This document shows, piece by piece, positions 9,801 through 18,261 of a DNA stretch of 32,000 bases (position 1 is the first letter of the stretch; the number at the start of each line of letters is the position of its first letter). Below the pieces are notes generated by a model. It saw only the letters and a list, made by a program, of their open reading frames with translations, was not told the DNA's origin and searched no databases. The DNA is taken from assembly GCF_035285525.1 (NCBI RefSeq), contig NZ_JAYKGW010000052.1:19525-51524 (forward strand). The letters are read 5' to 3'. Made by a program: the position numbers and the translations under genes. This DNA is from Okeania sp. (GTDB lineage Bacteria; Cyanobacteriota; Cyanobacteriia; Cyanobacteriales; Microcoleaceae).

Positions 9801-12654
9801 GTCGATGTTGGCAGTTCGGACCTCTTATCAAGGACAACCAAATGGCATTATTAATCTTCATCAATGTGATTATATGCGTCAGTGGAAACAGGATGAAATA
9901 GACTTGTTAGAAGAGGTGGCATCCCAGGTAGGATTAACATTAGCTCAAGCCCAAATTTTAGAGTCAGAAGTTAATCATAAACAAGAATTAGAAGCTCATA
10001 ATAAAGCTTTAGAACAAGCTCGACAAGCAGCAGAAGTAGCTAACCGTGCTAAAAGCGAATTTTTGGCAATGATGAGTCACGAAATTAGAACTCCAATGAA
10101 TGGTGTAATTGGGATGACAAGTTTGTTATTAGATATGGATTTAACTATTGAACAACGAGATTTTGTGGAGACTATTCGCACCAGTGGAGATGCACTATTA
10201 ACTATTATTAATGACATTCTTGACTTTACTAAAATTGAGTCTGGAAAACTGGAATTAGAACAAAATCCTTTAGATATTAGAAACTGTGTTGAAGAAGCTC
10301 TAGAATTATTAGCACCAAGGGCAGCACATAAAAAATTAGAACTGGCTTGTTTGATTGATGATGCAGTGCCAGAAATGATTGTAGGAGATGTGACTAGGCT
10401 ACGACAAGTGTTGGTAAACTTACTAGGAAATGCTGTTAAATTCACAGAAACAGGAGAAGTAGTTGTTTATGTTAGTGCTAGAAAAATGAGTGATATTTAT
10501 CAAGAAAACAATGTAGAAATAAATTACGAAGAAATATCTAACTTTATTGCTCCTGGTAAAATCACAGGTAATTATGAAATAGAATTTGCAGTTAAGGATA
10601 CAGGTATTGGTATTCCTAGAGACCGAATGGATAGATTGTTTAAAGCTTTTTCTCAAGTAGATGCTTCTACAACTAGACAATATGGTGGTACAGGTTTAGG
10701 ATTAGCAATTAGTCAAAGATTGAGTGAGATGATGGATGGTCAAATGTGGGTGGTTTCTCAATCAGTAGAAATAAACAATTTGCTAGGACAGAAAAAACCC
10801 AACTCACTGTTAAAAGTTAATCATAAAAATGGCAATGGCAACACTAATGGCAGAATAAATCAAGAGACTGGCGAGCATATTGAGACTAATGATTTTATGG
10901 TGAATATTGCTGGAAATCCACCATCTCATTTTGTTAAACCAAAACCAGGAAAGAAAGGTTCAACCTTTTATTTTACTATTAAAGCTAAAGCAATTACAAT
11001 GCCAGTCCATGAAGAAAATGATAGTTTCTTAAAAGGTAAGGAGATATTAATTGTAGAAAATCATCCGGTTAATCAAGAGGTAATAAAACAACAGGTTCAG
11101 TCATGGGAAATGACACCTGTAGTTGCTAGTTCTGCTATTCAAGCTTTAGGTTGGTTGGAACAAGGAAAAACTTTTGATATTGGGATTATTGCGATGAATC
11201 TTCCAGATATGGATGGGTTGACATTAGCTAGAAAAATTCGGAAATTGGAAACTAAACAAAATTCAAAACAAAGTAGCAATTCTGAGGCATTTTTACCGTT
11301 AATAATGTTCACCTATATTGACAAAGCAGAAGTTTTACGAGAATTGCAGGATGCCACAGTGAGTCTAGTTGGATTTGTGAATAAACCAGTCAAACAATCT
11401 CAGTTTTATAATGTTTTACTGCAAGTATTTGGAACTACAGAAACAGGAGAAGTTGATGCCAAAACTCCCAGTGCAGGTGTGAAATATTTCCAAGACTTGA
11501 GCGATAAAAGTAGCGATCGCGGTAATATCCGTATATTGTTAGCAGAAGACAATGTTGTCAATCAAAAAGTAGCAGTTCATTTACTAGAAAGAATAGGTTA
11601 TCGTGCAGATGTGGTGGCGAATGGAATAGAAGTCTTGGATGCTCTCAAACGAGTCCCCTACGATGTGGTATTGATGGATGTGCAAATGCCTAATATGGAT
11701 GGAATAGAAGCAACTCAAAAAATATGTGAGATTTACTCTGAAGAAAAACGTCCTTGGATTATTGCGATGACAGCTAATGCGATGCAGGGCGATCGCGAGA
11801 AATGTCTAAATGCTGGTATGGATGATTATGTGACTAAACCTATTCATCGCGAAAAATTAGCACAAGCATTAAGCAGGTTCAAACCAAAACGAAACAAAAC
11901 ATCCCAATCTACCACTGATTCAACAAATGGAGTCGGTAGTGATTCATCATTTGCAAGTTCGACATTAGTGAAGATAGCTCCTCCCTCTCCTCAAAGGGGA
12001 GACGCTCCGAGGGGGAGAGGCGGAGAGAGGGAAAATCAAAAAACAATTCCTCAAAAAGAGGAACCTACTAATGGTAAAGTCAAGTCAACGGCTCCATTGG
12101 AGAAAATAATATCGGCAAAAAGTGCATTACCTGTTCTTGTACCTAAGAATACAGAAAAAGATTCACAGAAATTAGTAGAAGTTGATAATTTAATTGATGT
12201 GGATGCAAAGGATATGCAACTTACTGAAGAAACTACAGCGTTAAATTTAGATTTCTTAGACAAGATTTTAGAATCAAACGATGATCAAAAATCAGCACTC
12301 GATCCCAAAGTTATAGAAGACTTTCGCTCTCTTTATGATGATGAACCAGATACTCTAGCTATTTTAATACAAGACTATCTTCTTGACGGGGAGAAACATA
12401 TAAGTACAATTAGGAAGTCTATCAAAAAACATGATTATAAAGCACTAAAAGGAGCTGCTCATACATTTAAGTCTAGTAGTTCTTTATTAGGAGCAATTAA
12501 TTTTTCTAAATTCTGTGAAGAGTTAGAATACATGGCTCGTGAGGTGATTGAGTTGGGAGCAGATTTTAATATGGAAAAAGCTATGAAAATCTTGTCAGAA
12601 AGTGAAAATGAATGGGAAAAAGTTCAAGAAGAGTTAAGTCAGGAGATGGGGTGA
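6817..12654 (+). CDS. Hybrid sensor histidine kinase/response regulator: 2 CBS pairs, 2 PAS/PAC, 2 GAF, HisKA, HATPase_c, pseudo-REC, REC, Hpt
   Basis: The ORF is 5.9 kb. CBS motifs are [44 protein letters not shown] and [21 protein letters not shown] motifs are [15 protein letters not shown]...HPEDIEKV and [24 protein letters not shown]. The H-box is [10 protein letters not shown] (His codon 10078..10080). The N, G1 and G2 boxes are [16 protein letters not shown] and [13 protein letters not shown]2 has [11 protein letters not shown] (Asp codon 11677..11679). Hpt has AHTFKSSS (His codon 12460..12462). The start is uncertain: GTG 6769, ATG 6817 (GAGG 5 nt upstream) or ATG 6928. Confidence 0.9.
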   Translation: MTKKLYFSHQRKSPKFHYLGQKPTLTIFSKHHHSNCKMFIPSISQAIDYHPLTTLPETPVEDVIVSMSSTGSSCALIIEKSDSADAIKTAESANNSTEPSDLKPSDNFNCSDRKAKSIGPVIGIFTERDLVQLASIGAPLSGFPISKIMIRSIITARLSEIQDIFALFALLEKHQISHLPIVNDSEELIGLVTGHSFILNQLEINNKTKKSITKNEKRPHLDQNGIVNQELETEKKILKDQNNSPLYLKTSFNSSLQLPGSLIQISQLEQSYKSQVVQATSSASIRHITQLMFAHNVNYILITENKSRIQTDSHPKKPNSQPQKSSKLIGTISTKDIVQLQALNIDFNITKAEVVCNNLPVLIRSQASIEVALGLMQKRYFLVPLIVQGSTGKIVDLITPGKIIQKIFLSKSLYQSLIRLHNYIEQVSIQLHQADEKLKQSAIQRKKLQETYSKIQDISALAIEGNQDGIWDWNIKTNEIFYSSQWKKMLGYEEDEISHNIDEWLNRVHPEDIEKVSAAIQEHLSKKNPAYRIEYRIKCKDNNFIWVLDRGKALWKLGGPVRMVGTFVNITKVKEREIQQRLQTKNHREVINNFPEIVWQTDGQGKLIFLNDKWEKITGFTTENSLGKSFLDYIHPEDIYKLSYPTEDHVENTGSNKLVAGCYQLKLLTKNGEYCPIEMKSTLVIDSENNINGMISTLTDISANIASKELLQSSEKAIRELYEVTSVGDSSFEGRIVALLEMGCRRFDMEIGLLGQVLGERYEVIAAHLPDNFLFGIAKGDAFTLEQIFDREVLRHNDPLVIESAKDSQWRHHPAYTVRRVASYMGTKVFVSGRVYGTLSFTSRVAKKKWNSTDIEVLKLMATYIGSELLRQDETEALRTKYQHFLLLKQITQEIRSKLDTKEIVQTTAIQIGRVFGVNRCSIHGYVTDPYPHLPCVAEYLEANYESTLDLDIAVTYNSHTEKLLAEDKAIASPDVFSDLLLKSSAPMYRRLKVRSMLAVRTSYQGQPNGIINLHQCDYMRQWKQDEIDLLEEVASQVGLTLAQAQILESEVNHKQELEAHNKALEQARQAAEVANRAKSEFLAMMSHEIRTPMNGVIGMTSLLLDMDLTIEQRDFVETIRTSGDALLTIINDILDFTKIESGKLELEQNPLDIRNCVEEALELLAPRAAHKKLELACLIDDAVPEMIVGDVTRLRQVLVNLLGNAVKFTETGEVVVYVSARKMSDIYQENNVEINYEEISNFIAPGKITGNYEIEFAVKDTGIGIPRDRMDRLFKAFSQVDASTTRQYGGTGLGLAISQRLSEMMDGQMWVVSQSVEINNLLGQKKPNSLLKVNHKNGNGNTNGRINQETGEHIETNDFMVNIAGNPPSHFVKPKPGKKGSTFYFTIKAKAITMPVHEENDSFLKGKEILIVENHPVNQEVIKQQVQSWEMTPVVASSAIQALGWLEQGKTFDIGIIAMNLPDMDGLTLARKIRKLETKQNSKQSSNSEAFLPLIMFTYIDKAEVLRELQDATVSLVGFVNKPVKQSQFYNVLLQVFGTTETGEVDAKTPSAGVKYFQDLSDKSSDRGNIRILLAEDNVVNQKVAVHLLERIGYRADVVANGIEVLDALKRVPYDVVLMDVQMPNMDGIEATQKICEIYSEEKRPWIIAMTANAMQGDREKCLNAGMDDYVTKPIHREKLAQALSRFKPKRNKTSQSTTDSTNGVGSDSSFASSTLVKIAPPSPQRGDAPRGRGGERENQKTIPQKEEPTNGKVKSTAPLEKIISAKSALPVLVPKNTEKDSQKLVEVDNLIDVDAKDMQLTEETTALNLDFLDKILESNDDQKSALDPKVIEDFRSLYDDEPDTLAILIQDYLLDGEKHISTIRKSIKKHDYKALKGAAHTFKSSSSLLGAINFSKFCEELEYMAREVIELGADFNMEKAMKILSESENEWEKVQEELSQEMG

Positions 12655-12673
12655 TGGGGTGATGGGGTGATGG
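12645..12673. repeat. Tandem octamer GATGGGGT x3.6 spanning the kinase stop codon
   Basis: GATGGGGTGATGGGGTGATGGGGTGATGG is read directly. The TGA stop (12652..12654) spans the junction of units 1 and 2. Confidence 0.85.
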
Positions 12674-12676
12674 CTT

Positions 12677-12698
12677 GCCAAGGAATTTATTCCTTGGC
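12677..12698 (+). terminator. Hairpin 23 nt after the kinase stop; possible terminator without a U-tract
   Basis: GCCAAGGAA-TTTA-TTCCTTGGC forms a 9-bp stem with a 4-nt loop. No T-run follows, so its function is uncertain. Confidence 0.3.
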
Positions 12699-12736
12699 TC
12701 AAAGCTAAAGTCCCTGGGACTAATCTCACCTTCCAC

Positions 12737-12765
12737 AAACCCGGTTTCTTCAAGAAACCGGGTTT
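12737..12765. repeat. Palindromic AAACCCGGTTTC / GAAACCGGGTTT element
   Basis: It forms a 12-bp perfect stem with a 5-nt loop. A related AGAAACCCGGT / AGAAACCTGGTTTCT pair occurs at 26023..26090, so this looks like a dispersed palindromic repeat rather than a dedicated terminator. Confidence 0.55.
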
Positions 12766-12840
12766 GTTCCCAGGAAGGAGCCTCACTGTTTCGCTGGGCT
12801 GTTCATATTGCACAGCTCCGACCCAGGAGCCTAACGCTAA

Positions 12841-12868
12841 TAACTGATAACTGATAACTGATAACTGA
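12841..12868. repeat. STRR heptamer tract TAACTGA x4, immediately upstream of the cysteine desulfurase start
   Basis: Four perfect tandem units are read directly. The tract ends 7 nt before the ATG at 12876. Confidence 0.85.
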
Positions 12869-12875
12869 AAAAGCT

Positions 12876-14036
12876 ATGTTAAAACATCCTATATATCTTG
12901 ACTACAATGCTACTACCCCCGTTGATGAACGAGTATTAAAAACAATGTTGCCTTACTTCACCGAACATTTTGGCAACCCTGCTAGTATCACTCATCAATA
13001 TGGTTGGGAAGCAGAAGCAGCAGTGAAAAAAGCTAGAGAAATTTTAGCTTCAGCTATTAATGCTACTCCTGAAGAAATTATCTTTACCAGTGGTGCAACC
13101 GAAGCTAATAATTTAGCTATTAAAGGAATAGCTGAAGCTTACTTCAATAAAGGCAAACATATTATTACTATTGTCACCGAACATAATGCTGTTCTCGACC
13201 CTTGTCAATACTTACAAAATTTGGGATTTGAAGTTAGTTATTTGCCTGTAAATACAGATGGAATTATTGATTTGAATGTTCTCCAAACAGCTTTGCGAAA
13301 AGATACAATTATTGTATCTGTTATGGCAGCAAATAATGAAATTGGTGTCTTACAACCTTTGGCAAAAATAGGAGAAATATGCAAAGAAAATTCCATAATT
13401 TTTCATACTGATGCTGCCCAAGCTATTGGTAAAATTCCTTTAGATGTGCAGGCAATGAATATTGATTTAATGTCATTAACTGCCCATAAAATTTATGGAC
13501 CAAAAGGTATTGGTGCTATCTATGTACGTCGTCGTTCTCCGAGAGTAAAATTAGCCTCTCAAATACATGGGGGAGGACATGAACGGGGGATGCGTTCTGG
13601 TACTTTGTGTACGCCTCAAATAGTCGGGTTTGGGAAAGCGGTGGCAGTCGCATTAGCAGAAATGGACTCCGAAGCAAAACGGTTAACCATTTTGCGACAA
13701 AGATTATGGAATAAGTTGCAAATATTAGAAAATATTTTTCTTAACGGACATCCGACTCAGCGTTTGCCAGGAAATTTTAATATTAGTGTGGAGGGTGTCG
13801 ATGGACAAGCGTTATTATTGGGATTACGATCTGTAGTGGCGGTTTCTTCAGGTTCCGCTTGCTCTTCTGCTAAGGTTGCCCCTTCCCATGTATTGCAAGC
13901 TTTAGGCCGTTCAGAAAAGTTAGCTTATGCTTCTGTGCGTTTTGGTATTGGGCGGTTTAATACTGCGGAAGAGATAGATATAGTGGCCGAACAGGCGATC
14001 GCTACAATTACAGCATTACGCGGAAGTCAGAAGTAA
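12876..14036 (+). CDS. iscS: Class-I cysteine desulfurase (IscS/NifS family)
   Basis: The N-terminus is IYLDYNATTPVD, the PLP-lysine region is SLTAHKIYGPKGIGAIYVRRR, and the catalytic-cysteine loop is SSGSACSS. At 386 aa it fits group I desulfurases. Which paralogue (iscS versus nifS-like) cannot be told from sequence alone. Confidence 0.88.
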   Translation: MLKHPIYLDYNATTPVDERVLKTMLPYFTEHFGNPASITHQYGWEAEAAVKKAREILASAINATPEEIIFTSGATEANNLAIKGIAEAYFNKGKHIITIVTEHNAVLDPCQYLQNLGFEVSYLPVNTDGIIDLNVLQTALRKDTIIVSVMAANNEIGVLQPLAKIGEICKENSIIFHTDAAQAIGKIPLDVQAMNIDLMSLTAHKIYGPKGIGAIYVRRRSPRVKLASQIHGGGHERGMRSGTLCTPQIVGFGKAVAVALAEMDSEAKRLTILRQRLWNKLQILENIFLNGHPTQRLPGNFNISVEGVDGQALLLGLRSVVAVSSGSACSSAKVAPSHVLQALGRSEKLAYASVRFGIGRFNTAEEIDIVAEQAIATITALRGSQK

Positions 14037-14045
14037 TCTTTGATA

Positions 14046-14333
14046 TCAAATCCGGTAGTATCGGTATTTAAGGAAGAAGGAAGAAGCTTTAATATCAAAT
14101 ACCCGAAATATGCTGAAAACCGTAGGGGTTTGGTCTCCAAACCCTTCAGAACATGGTAGTTTTGGTGTTGGGTTGAGGCACGAAACCCAACCTACGCCAG
14201 CTACGCCAGCAGATTTAATATAACATACAGTTCCCAAAAAATCCGATTTATGGGGAATCGTAGCCAGTGGATTTGATATACTCGTAAACAAAATACTTTC
14301 TGCCTTCTGCCTTCTGCCTCCTGCCTTCTTCCT
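14046..14333. repeat. Intergenic cluster of dispersed repeats between the convergent desulfurase and hflX genes
   Basis: The cluster holds GGTAGTATCGGTA (14054..14066) and a polypurine tract AGGAAGAAGGAAGAAG (14071..14086). It also holds GTAGGGGTTTGGTCTCCAAACCC (14122..14144) and the palindrome GTTGGGTT-N9-AACCCAAC (14167..14191). TTCTGCC-type heptamers x5 (14298..14332) abut the hflX stop. Confidence 0.8.
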
Positions 14334-16058
14334 TCAAGAAGCGATCGCATAATCAATAAGTTGCCCTAGTCGCTGACGCAAAGTTTCTAAACCAAGCGCT
14401 TTCGCAGCAGAAATAAATACTGCCATTGGATATTCTTCGTGAGCAAGTCTTAAAGTCTCTCCATCTACTTCATCAATTTTATTAAAAGCAACTAAAGCAG
14501 GTCCTGGAGTTTCTGGCATTTCTGCCAAAATATTCATCACAGAACGTATTTGACTTTGCCAAGCAGGATGAGACAAATCAACCACATGAAGCAAAGCATC
14601 TGCATCTGTTACTTCTTCCAAAGTTGCTCGAAAAGCATCCATCAAAGTAGGAGGCAGTTCGTGAATGAACCCTACTGTGTCAGTAATCACAATTGTAGTT
14701 GGTTTACCTGTAACCGTATCAGGAACATTCAAACGACGAGTAATAGGATCGAGAGTAGCAAACAATTTGTCTGCTGCATAAACTTCTGAATTTGTCAATG
14801 TATTTAATAATGTAGACTTACCAGCATTCGTATATCCAACTATTGCTACTGTTGGTACTTCCTGACGCTGACGATGTTGCCGGAGACGGGAACGGTGCGC
14901 TTGTAACTGATTGACTTCTTTCTGTAACCGAGAAATTCTAGCATTAATTGCCCGACGTTCTGTTTCCAACTTAGTTTCACCAGGTCCCCTAGTTCCGATA
15001 CCACCACCAAGACGAGACATCGCTTCACCTCTACCTGTGAGACGGGGAATAGTATATTCTAGTTGAGCAAGTTCCACTTGTAATTTTCCAGCACGAGACT
15101 GAGCCCGTTGGGCAAAAATATCCAGAATAACTTCGGTGCGGTCTACAACTCTCACACCAATTCTGGTTTCTAGGTTCCGTACCTGAGCAGGGGAAAGGTC
15201 GCGGTCAAATACAACCAGATTAGCTCCCACAGTTTGAACGCTCAGAGCAATTTCTTGAACTTTACCATCTCCAACAACAGTTTGGGGATGGGGATGCGAT
15301 CGCTTCTGATGTACTGTGTTTAAGACTTGACCTCCAGCAGTATCTACTAATCTAGTTAATTCTAACAATCCATCTTCAAATTGCTGATTTGTCATTTTAT
15401 CAGTTTTTATCCCCACCAGCAATACTAAGTCTTGGTCAGAATCAACTTCTTGAGCAATAAATTCCCGTTCAAATTCGGCTTCTAGTCCATCAATTAAGTC
15501 GATAAAATCTTGTTTGGCCACCATATCCAGACTGAGAGGAGGTGACACACTCCAAAAATTCATATCTTGAAGATTGGTATTTGCACGTTCGTTTGTGGGA
15601 ATGGGTAACAGGTGAGCTAAATAAGCTTGTTTTATGTAACCTGTAGCTCCTCCACCGCGACGTTTAAATCCTTCACCAGTTAGAGTCAGCATTACTAGAG
15701 CATCTAGTCGTTGAATTACCATTGCTGTCAGAGCAACTTCCGAAGGTACTTCTGGTTTGAGGTTAGTCGCAATACAACGAATACCACTGAGACGACTTGC
15801 ACCATAACGAGGTAATTCCAATGGTGGAATTTGGGTTTGGTGGGGTGTACCTATTCCCACCCGAATAATTTGTCCCCTGCGGTTAATGTATACGCAGACT
15901 GGTTGGCCAACTTCTGTGCTGATGGCAGCGACTCTTTGGGCAAATTCCGAAGTAGTTAGGCGATCGCCTGGTAGTCGCTGATGGTACAATTTTTGCAATT
16001 GTTTAAGTTGGTTAGATTTTAGACCTTGTAGATTTCCGTAAATAGTTTCGATAGGCAT
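14334..16058 (-). CDS. hflX: GTPase HflX
   Basis: G1 is GYTNAGKSTLLN, G3 is DTVGF and G4 is NKID. These are preceded by the HflX-type N-terminal domain and a coiled helical linker (LQVELAQLEY...RLQKEVNQLQAHR). Confidence 0.9.
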   Translation of the reverse strand: MPIETIYGNLQGLKSNQLKQLQKLYHQRLPGDRLTTSEFAQRVAAISTEVGQPVCVYINRRGQIIRVGIGTPHQTQIPPLELPRYGASRLSGIRCIATNLKPEVPSEVALTAMVIQRLDALVMLTLTGEGFKRRGGGATGYIKQAYLAHLLPIPTNERANTNLQDMNFWSVSPPLSLDMVAKQDFIDLIDGLEAEFEREFIAQEVDSDQDLVLLVGIKTDKMTNQQFEDGLLELTRLVDTAGGQVLNTVHQKRSHPHPQTVVGDGKVQEIALSVQTVGANLVVFDRDLSPAQVRNLETRIGVRVVDRTEVILDIFAQRAQSRAGKLQVELAQLEYTIPRLTGRGEAMSRLGGGIGTRGPGETKLETERRAINARISRLQKEVNQLQAHRSRLRQHRQRQEVPTVAIVGYTNAGKSTLLNTLTNSEVYAADKLFATLDPITRRLNVPDTVTGKPTTIVITDTVGFIHELPPTLMDAFRATLEEVTDADALLHVVDLSHPAWQSQIRSVMNILAEMPETPGPALVAFNKIDEVDGETLRLAHEEYPMAVFISAAKALGLETLRQRLGQLIDYAIAS

Positions 16059-16277
16059 TCAGCCACATTTTCGTGGCCCCTCTGTATATTTTCTTTTTAA
16101 TATTATAAATATATCGCAATCCTAAATAGGTTGTGAGGAGTTTGAGTGTGGGAGGTGTCGGGAGATTTGGTAATGGTTGAAAATAGAACATTTTTTTTCT
16201 TTTTTCTACGGAATTAAAGGGATCAGAATTGGTAAATTTACCTTTAATTCTCAATTTTACTAGACTGACACAAATAA

Positions 16278-16389
16278 TTTTGTGTATGAGGTTGGGTTTA
16301 TGTAAATCTTGGAGTCAGCATGAAAATTCTCAATGAAACCCGCCCCTACTTTTGTGTATGAGGTTGGGGTTTATGTAAATATTAGAGTC
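16278..16389. repeat. Two ~39-nt direct repeats spaced 72 nt apart, upstream of hflX
   Basis: TTTTGTGTATGAGGTTGGGTTTATGTAAATCTTGGAGTC (16278..16316) matches TTTTGTGTATGAGGTTGGGGTTTATGTAAATATTAGAGTC (16350..16389). Copy 1 is preceded by the hairpin ACACAAA-TAAT-TTTGTGT. Confidence 0.75.
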
Positions 16390-16456
16390 GGTTTCCATTC
16401 TCAGATTAGTTGTAGTTGAGACAGGAAACTCTAGATTCAGGAACTAACGCTTGAGT

Positions 16457-16936
16457 TTAGTAAGGAGCGCCATCAGGGAACAACAGACCTATCCGTTTTT
16501 CTCGCACCTGAGCTTCTTCAACACAAATTTCCTTGAGAGAATCCACAACTTCTTTTTCCAACCCTAGTTTTTCTGCTATTTGGTAAATTTTAGCCATTTC
16601 ATCTGGGTGTAATTCTCCATCAGCGCTACAAGTCTTAATCGCCAGATAAATAACTGTACGACGACCAGCATTATTGACAGCATCTGCTTGACTTAAAACA
16701 TCAATTACATCCTCATCCGCTTGGTAAGTTTGAGCTAATTCATATCCATTACTGCGGAGTGCAGCAGCACGACCAACAATCCAATTTCTTTCTTCTGGTG
16801 CTAGTACCCCATCTGCTTTAGAACAAATAAGAACTGATTTGATAATAGTTTCATGGTCTTTAGGTGATGGGACACTTTTGAAGCCATACATTTCATCAAC
16901 CAACCACAACTTAGAATCTTGTTCTATATCAGACAT
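16457..16936 (-). CDS. TerB-like (tellurite-resistance TerB / DjlA N-domain fold) protein, 159 aa
   Basis: Two internal half-repeats follow the TerB pattern: ADGVLAPEERNWIVGRAAAL and ADGELHPDEMAKIYQIAEKLGL. The assignment is by motif resemblance only. Confidence 0.55.
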   Translation of the reverse strand: MSDIEQDSKLWLVDEMYGFKSVPSPKDHETIIKSVLICSKADGVLAPEERNWIVGRAAALRSNGYELAQTYQADEDVIDVLSQADAVNNAGRRTVIYLAIKTCSADGELHPDEMAKIYQIAEKLGLEKEVVDSLKEICVEEAQVREKRIGLLFPDGAPY

Positions 16937-17046
16937 AGTTTAATGTTCCATTTTTAATTTTTGACTGCCACTACCATCATACAATATGATAGAAAATGTT
17001 AATTTTTGAGAGTGTAAATAATTATTACGGTAGTAACGTTTTCCTC

Positions 17047-17895
17047 TTAAGACTTTAGCGCAACAGTTATTTCTCCAGGAAGACGCATAATACTTTTATT
17101 GCCATCAAATAATATGCGTCCGTGTTGTTGTAGAACTATTGCCTGAGTTTGTGCATCTAGAATTTTAGCGATCGCTCCCTCTAATTTCCTTGGCGATAAA
17201 TACTCTCGATCAACTACTTCTGAAGAGATAAGATATTCAAAAGAAATCTTTCCTTCCACATTTTTGAATCCTGCATCCTGAAGAAACTGATAAAATTCTT
17301 GGCGCATCAAAAAATGTCGATTTGCAACAGCATCCATCGCTCCTATTAAACTATCCTTTACCCTAGTTATTTCTCGAAATTCATCCCTTTCTTGAATATC
17401 ATCGAAAAGAAAACCAGGATTAATAAACATCCCACTAGGTTTAAGCGCTTGAAACAAATTAGTATATAGCTGATGCTGTTTTTGGGCAGAAATTTCGTGA
17501 GTTCCACTCTTAATAACAACACGATCAAAGCAATTTATTGGTAATTTCTCTCCAGACTGGATATCTCTCATGGAAAGTACATCTCCGTTGATGATATTAA
17601 CTCCGTCTACATCAATATAAGAACGTGCTAAGTCAGTCTGTACAGAAGAATATTCAAGCAAAGTAATGCCAGGAAGATTGATATTCTGACGTAAACAGTA
17701 GTCAACCATGCGATGAGTCAAGTTTCCATTTCCACCCATTGCATCTAGTACATTCTCTGCATTTTCTAAATTTAGAAGCTTAACAAATGATTGTAGAAAG
17801 TCCTCATCAAAACCGTTAATCCGATCCTGGTTATATTTTCCCACAATATCGTATGTGGTTTGTTTGTTAGTAGTGCAAGTATTTTGTAGATTCAT
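17047..17895 (-). CDS. Class I SAM-dependent methyltransferase
   Basis: Motif I is VLDAMGGNGNLT, there is an acidic post-I residue (LLEYS), and motif II/III is like FDRVVIKSGTHE...LKPSGMFIN. The substrate is unknown. Confidence 0.75.
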   Translation of the reverse strand: MNLQNTCTTNKQTTYDIVGKYNQDRINGFDEDFLQSFVKLLNLENAENVLDAMGGNGNLTHRMVDYCLRQNINLPGITLLEYSSVQTDLARSYIDVDGVNIINGDVLSMRDIQSGEKLPINCFDRVVIKSGTHEISAQKQHQLYTNLFQALKPSGMFINPGFLFDDIQERDEFREITRVKDSLIGAMDAVANRHFLMRQEFYQFLQDAGFKNVEGKISFEYLISSEVVDREYLSPRKLEGAIAKILDAQTQAIVLQQHGRILFDGNKSIMRLPGEITVALKS

Positions 17896-17935
17896 TACTA
17901 ATAAGAGTAAATATTCCCAGCCATAAATTTTTTTT

Positions 17936-18025
17936 AGGACTTACACGGGAGGCACTATATATAGAGTTTTGGTCTGTTAGTCTACGGCTAACGCACCCTA
18001 CCAATAGCGTTCATGCGTAAGTCCT
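17936..18025. mobile_element. MITE-like 90-bp element with terminal inverted repeats AGGACTTACAC / GCGTAAGTCCT
   Basis: The TIRs match at 9-10 of 11 positions. The interior ACGCACCCTAC is shared with the element at 946..1020. TIRs of the same type (AGGAGTTATGCA) bound 26003..26102. It has no coding capacity. Confidence 0.55.
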
Positions 18026-18261
18026 GTTTTTGTTATTTTAACTTATAACTGGTGGAAAGATAGTGATCGCTCTTGATTATAAAGCTTTACAAATATCAAA
18101 ATCCGTATTTTATGATAAAATTTAGACTGTGAAAGGCATTACTCATGGACCCAAAAGAGAAACCTGGTTTATTGACCTAATTATTATTCGTTCTCACGAA
18201 ATTTAGTCAATCTACATGGTTTCTACATAAGTCTTATCTTTAATTAAAAGGATAGTAATAA

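Noticed and set aside
6963-12263. Minus-strand ORFs 6963..7277, 8197..8385, 8675..8863, 10077..10445, 10423..10680 and 12051..12263
   Set aside because: All lie antisense inside the long, motif-rich histidine kinase ORF. Their translations are low complexity (Ile/Ser/Phe/Asn rich) with no motifs. They are typical shadow ORFs of an AT-rich gene.
14046-14291. ORF 14046..14291 (-)
   Set aside because: It is composed entirely of dispersed palindromic repeats. The VGWVSCLNPT-type peptide is the usual translation artefact of GTTGGGTT...AACCCAAC repeats.
14550-16254. ORFs 14550..14789 (+), 14846..15028 (-) and 16012..16254 (-)
   Set aside because: The first two overlap hflX in other frames or on the other strand. 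The third extends from the hflX 5' end into the promoter region and has no coding-like composition.
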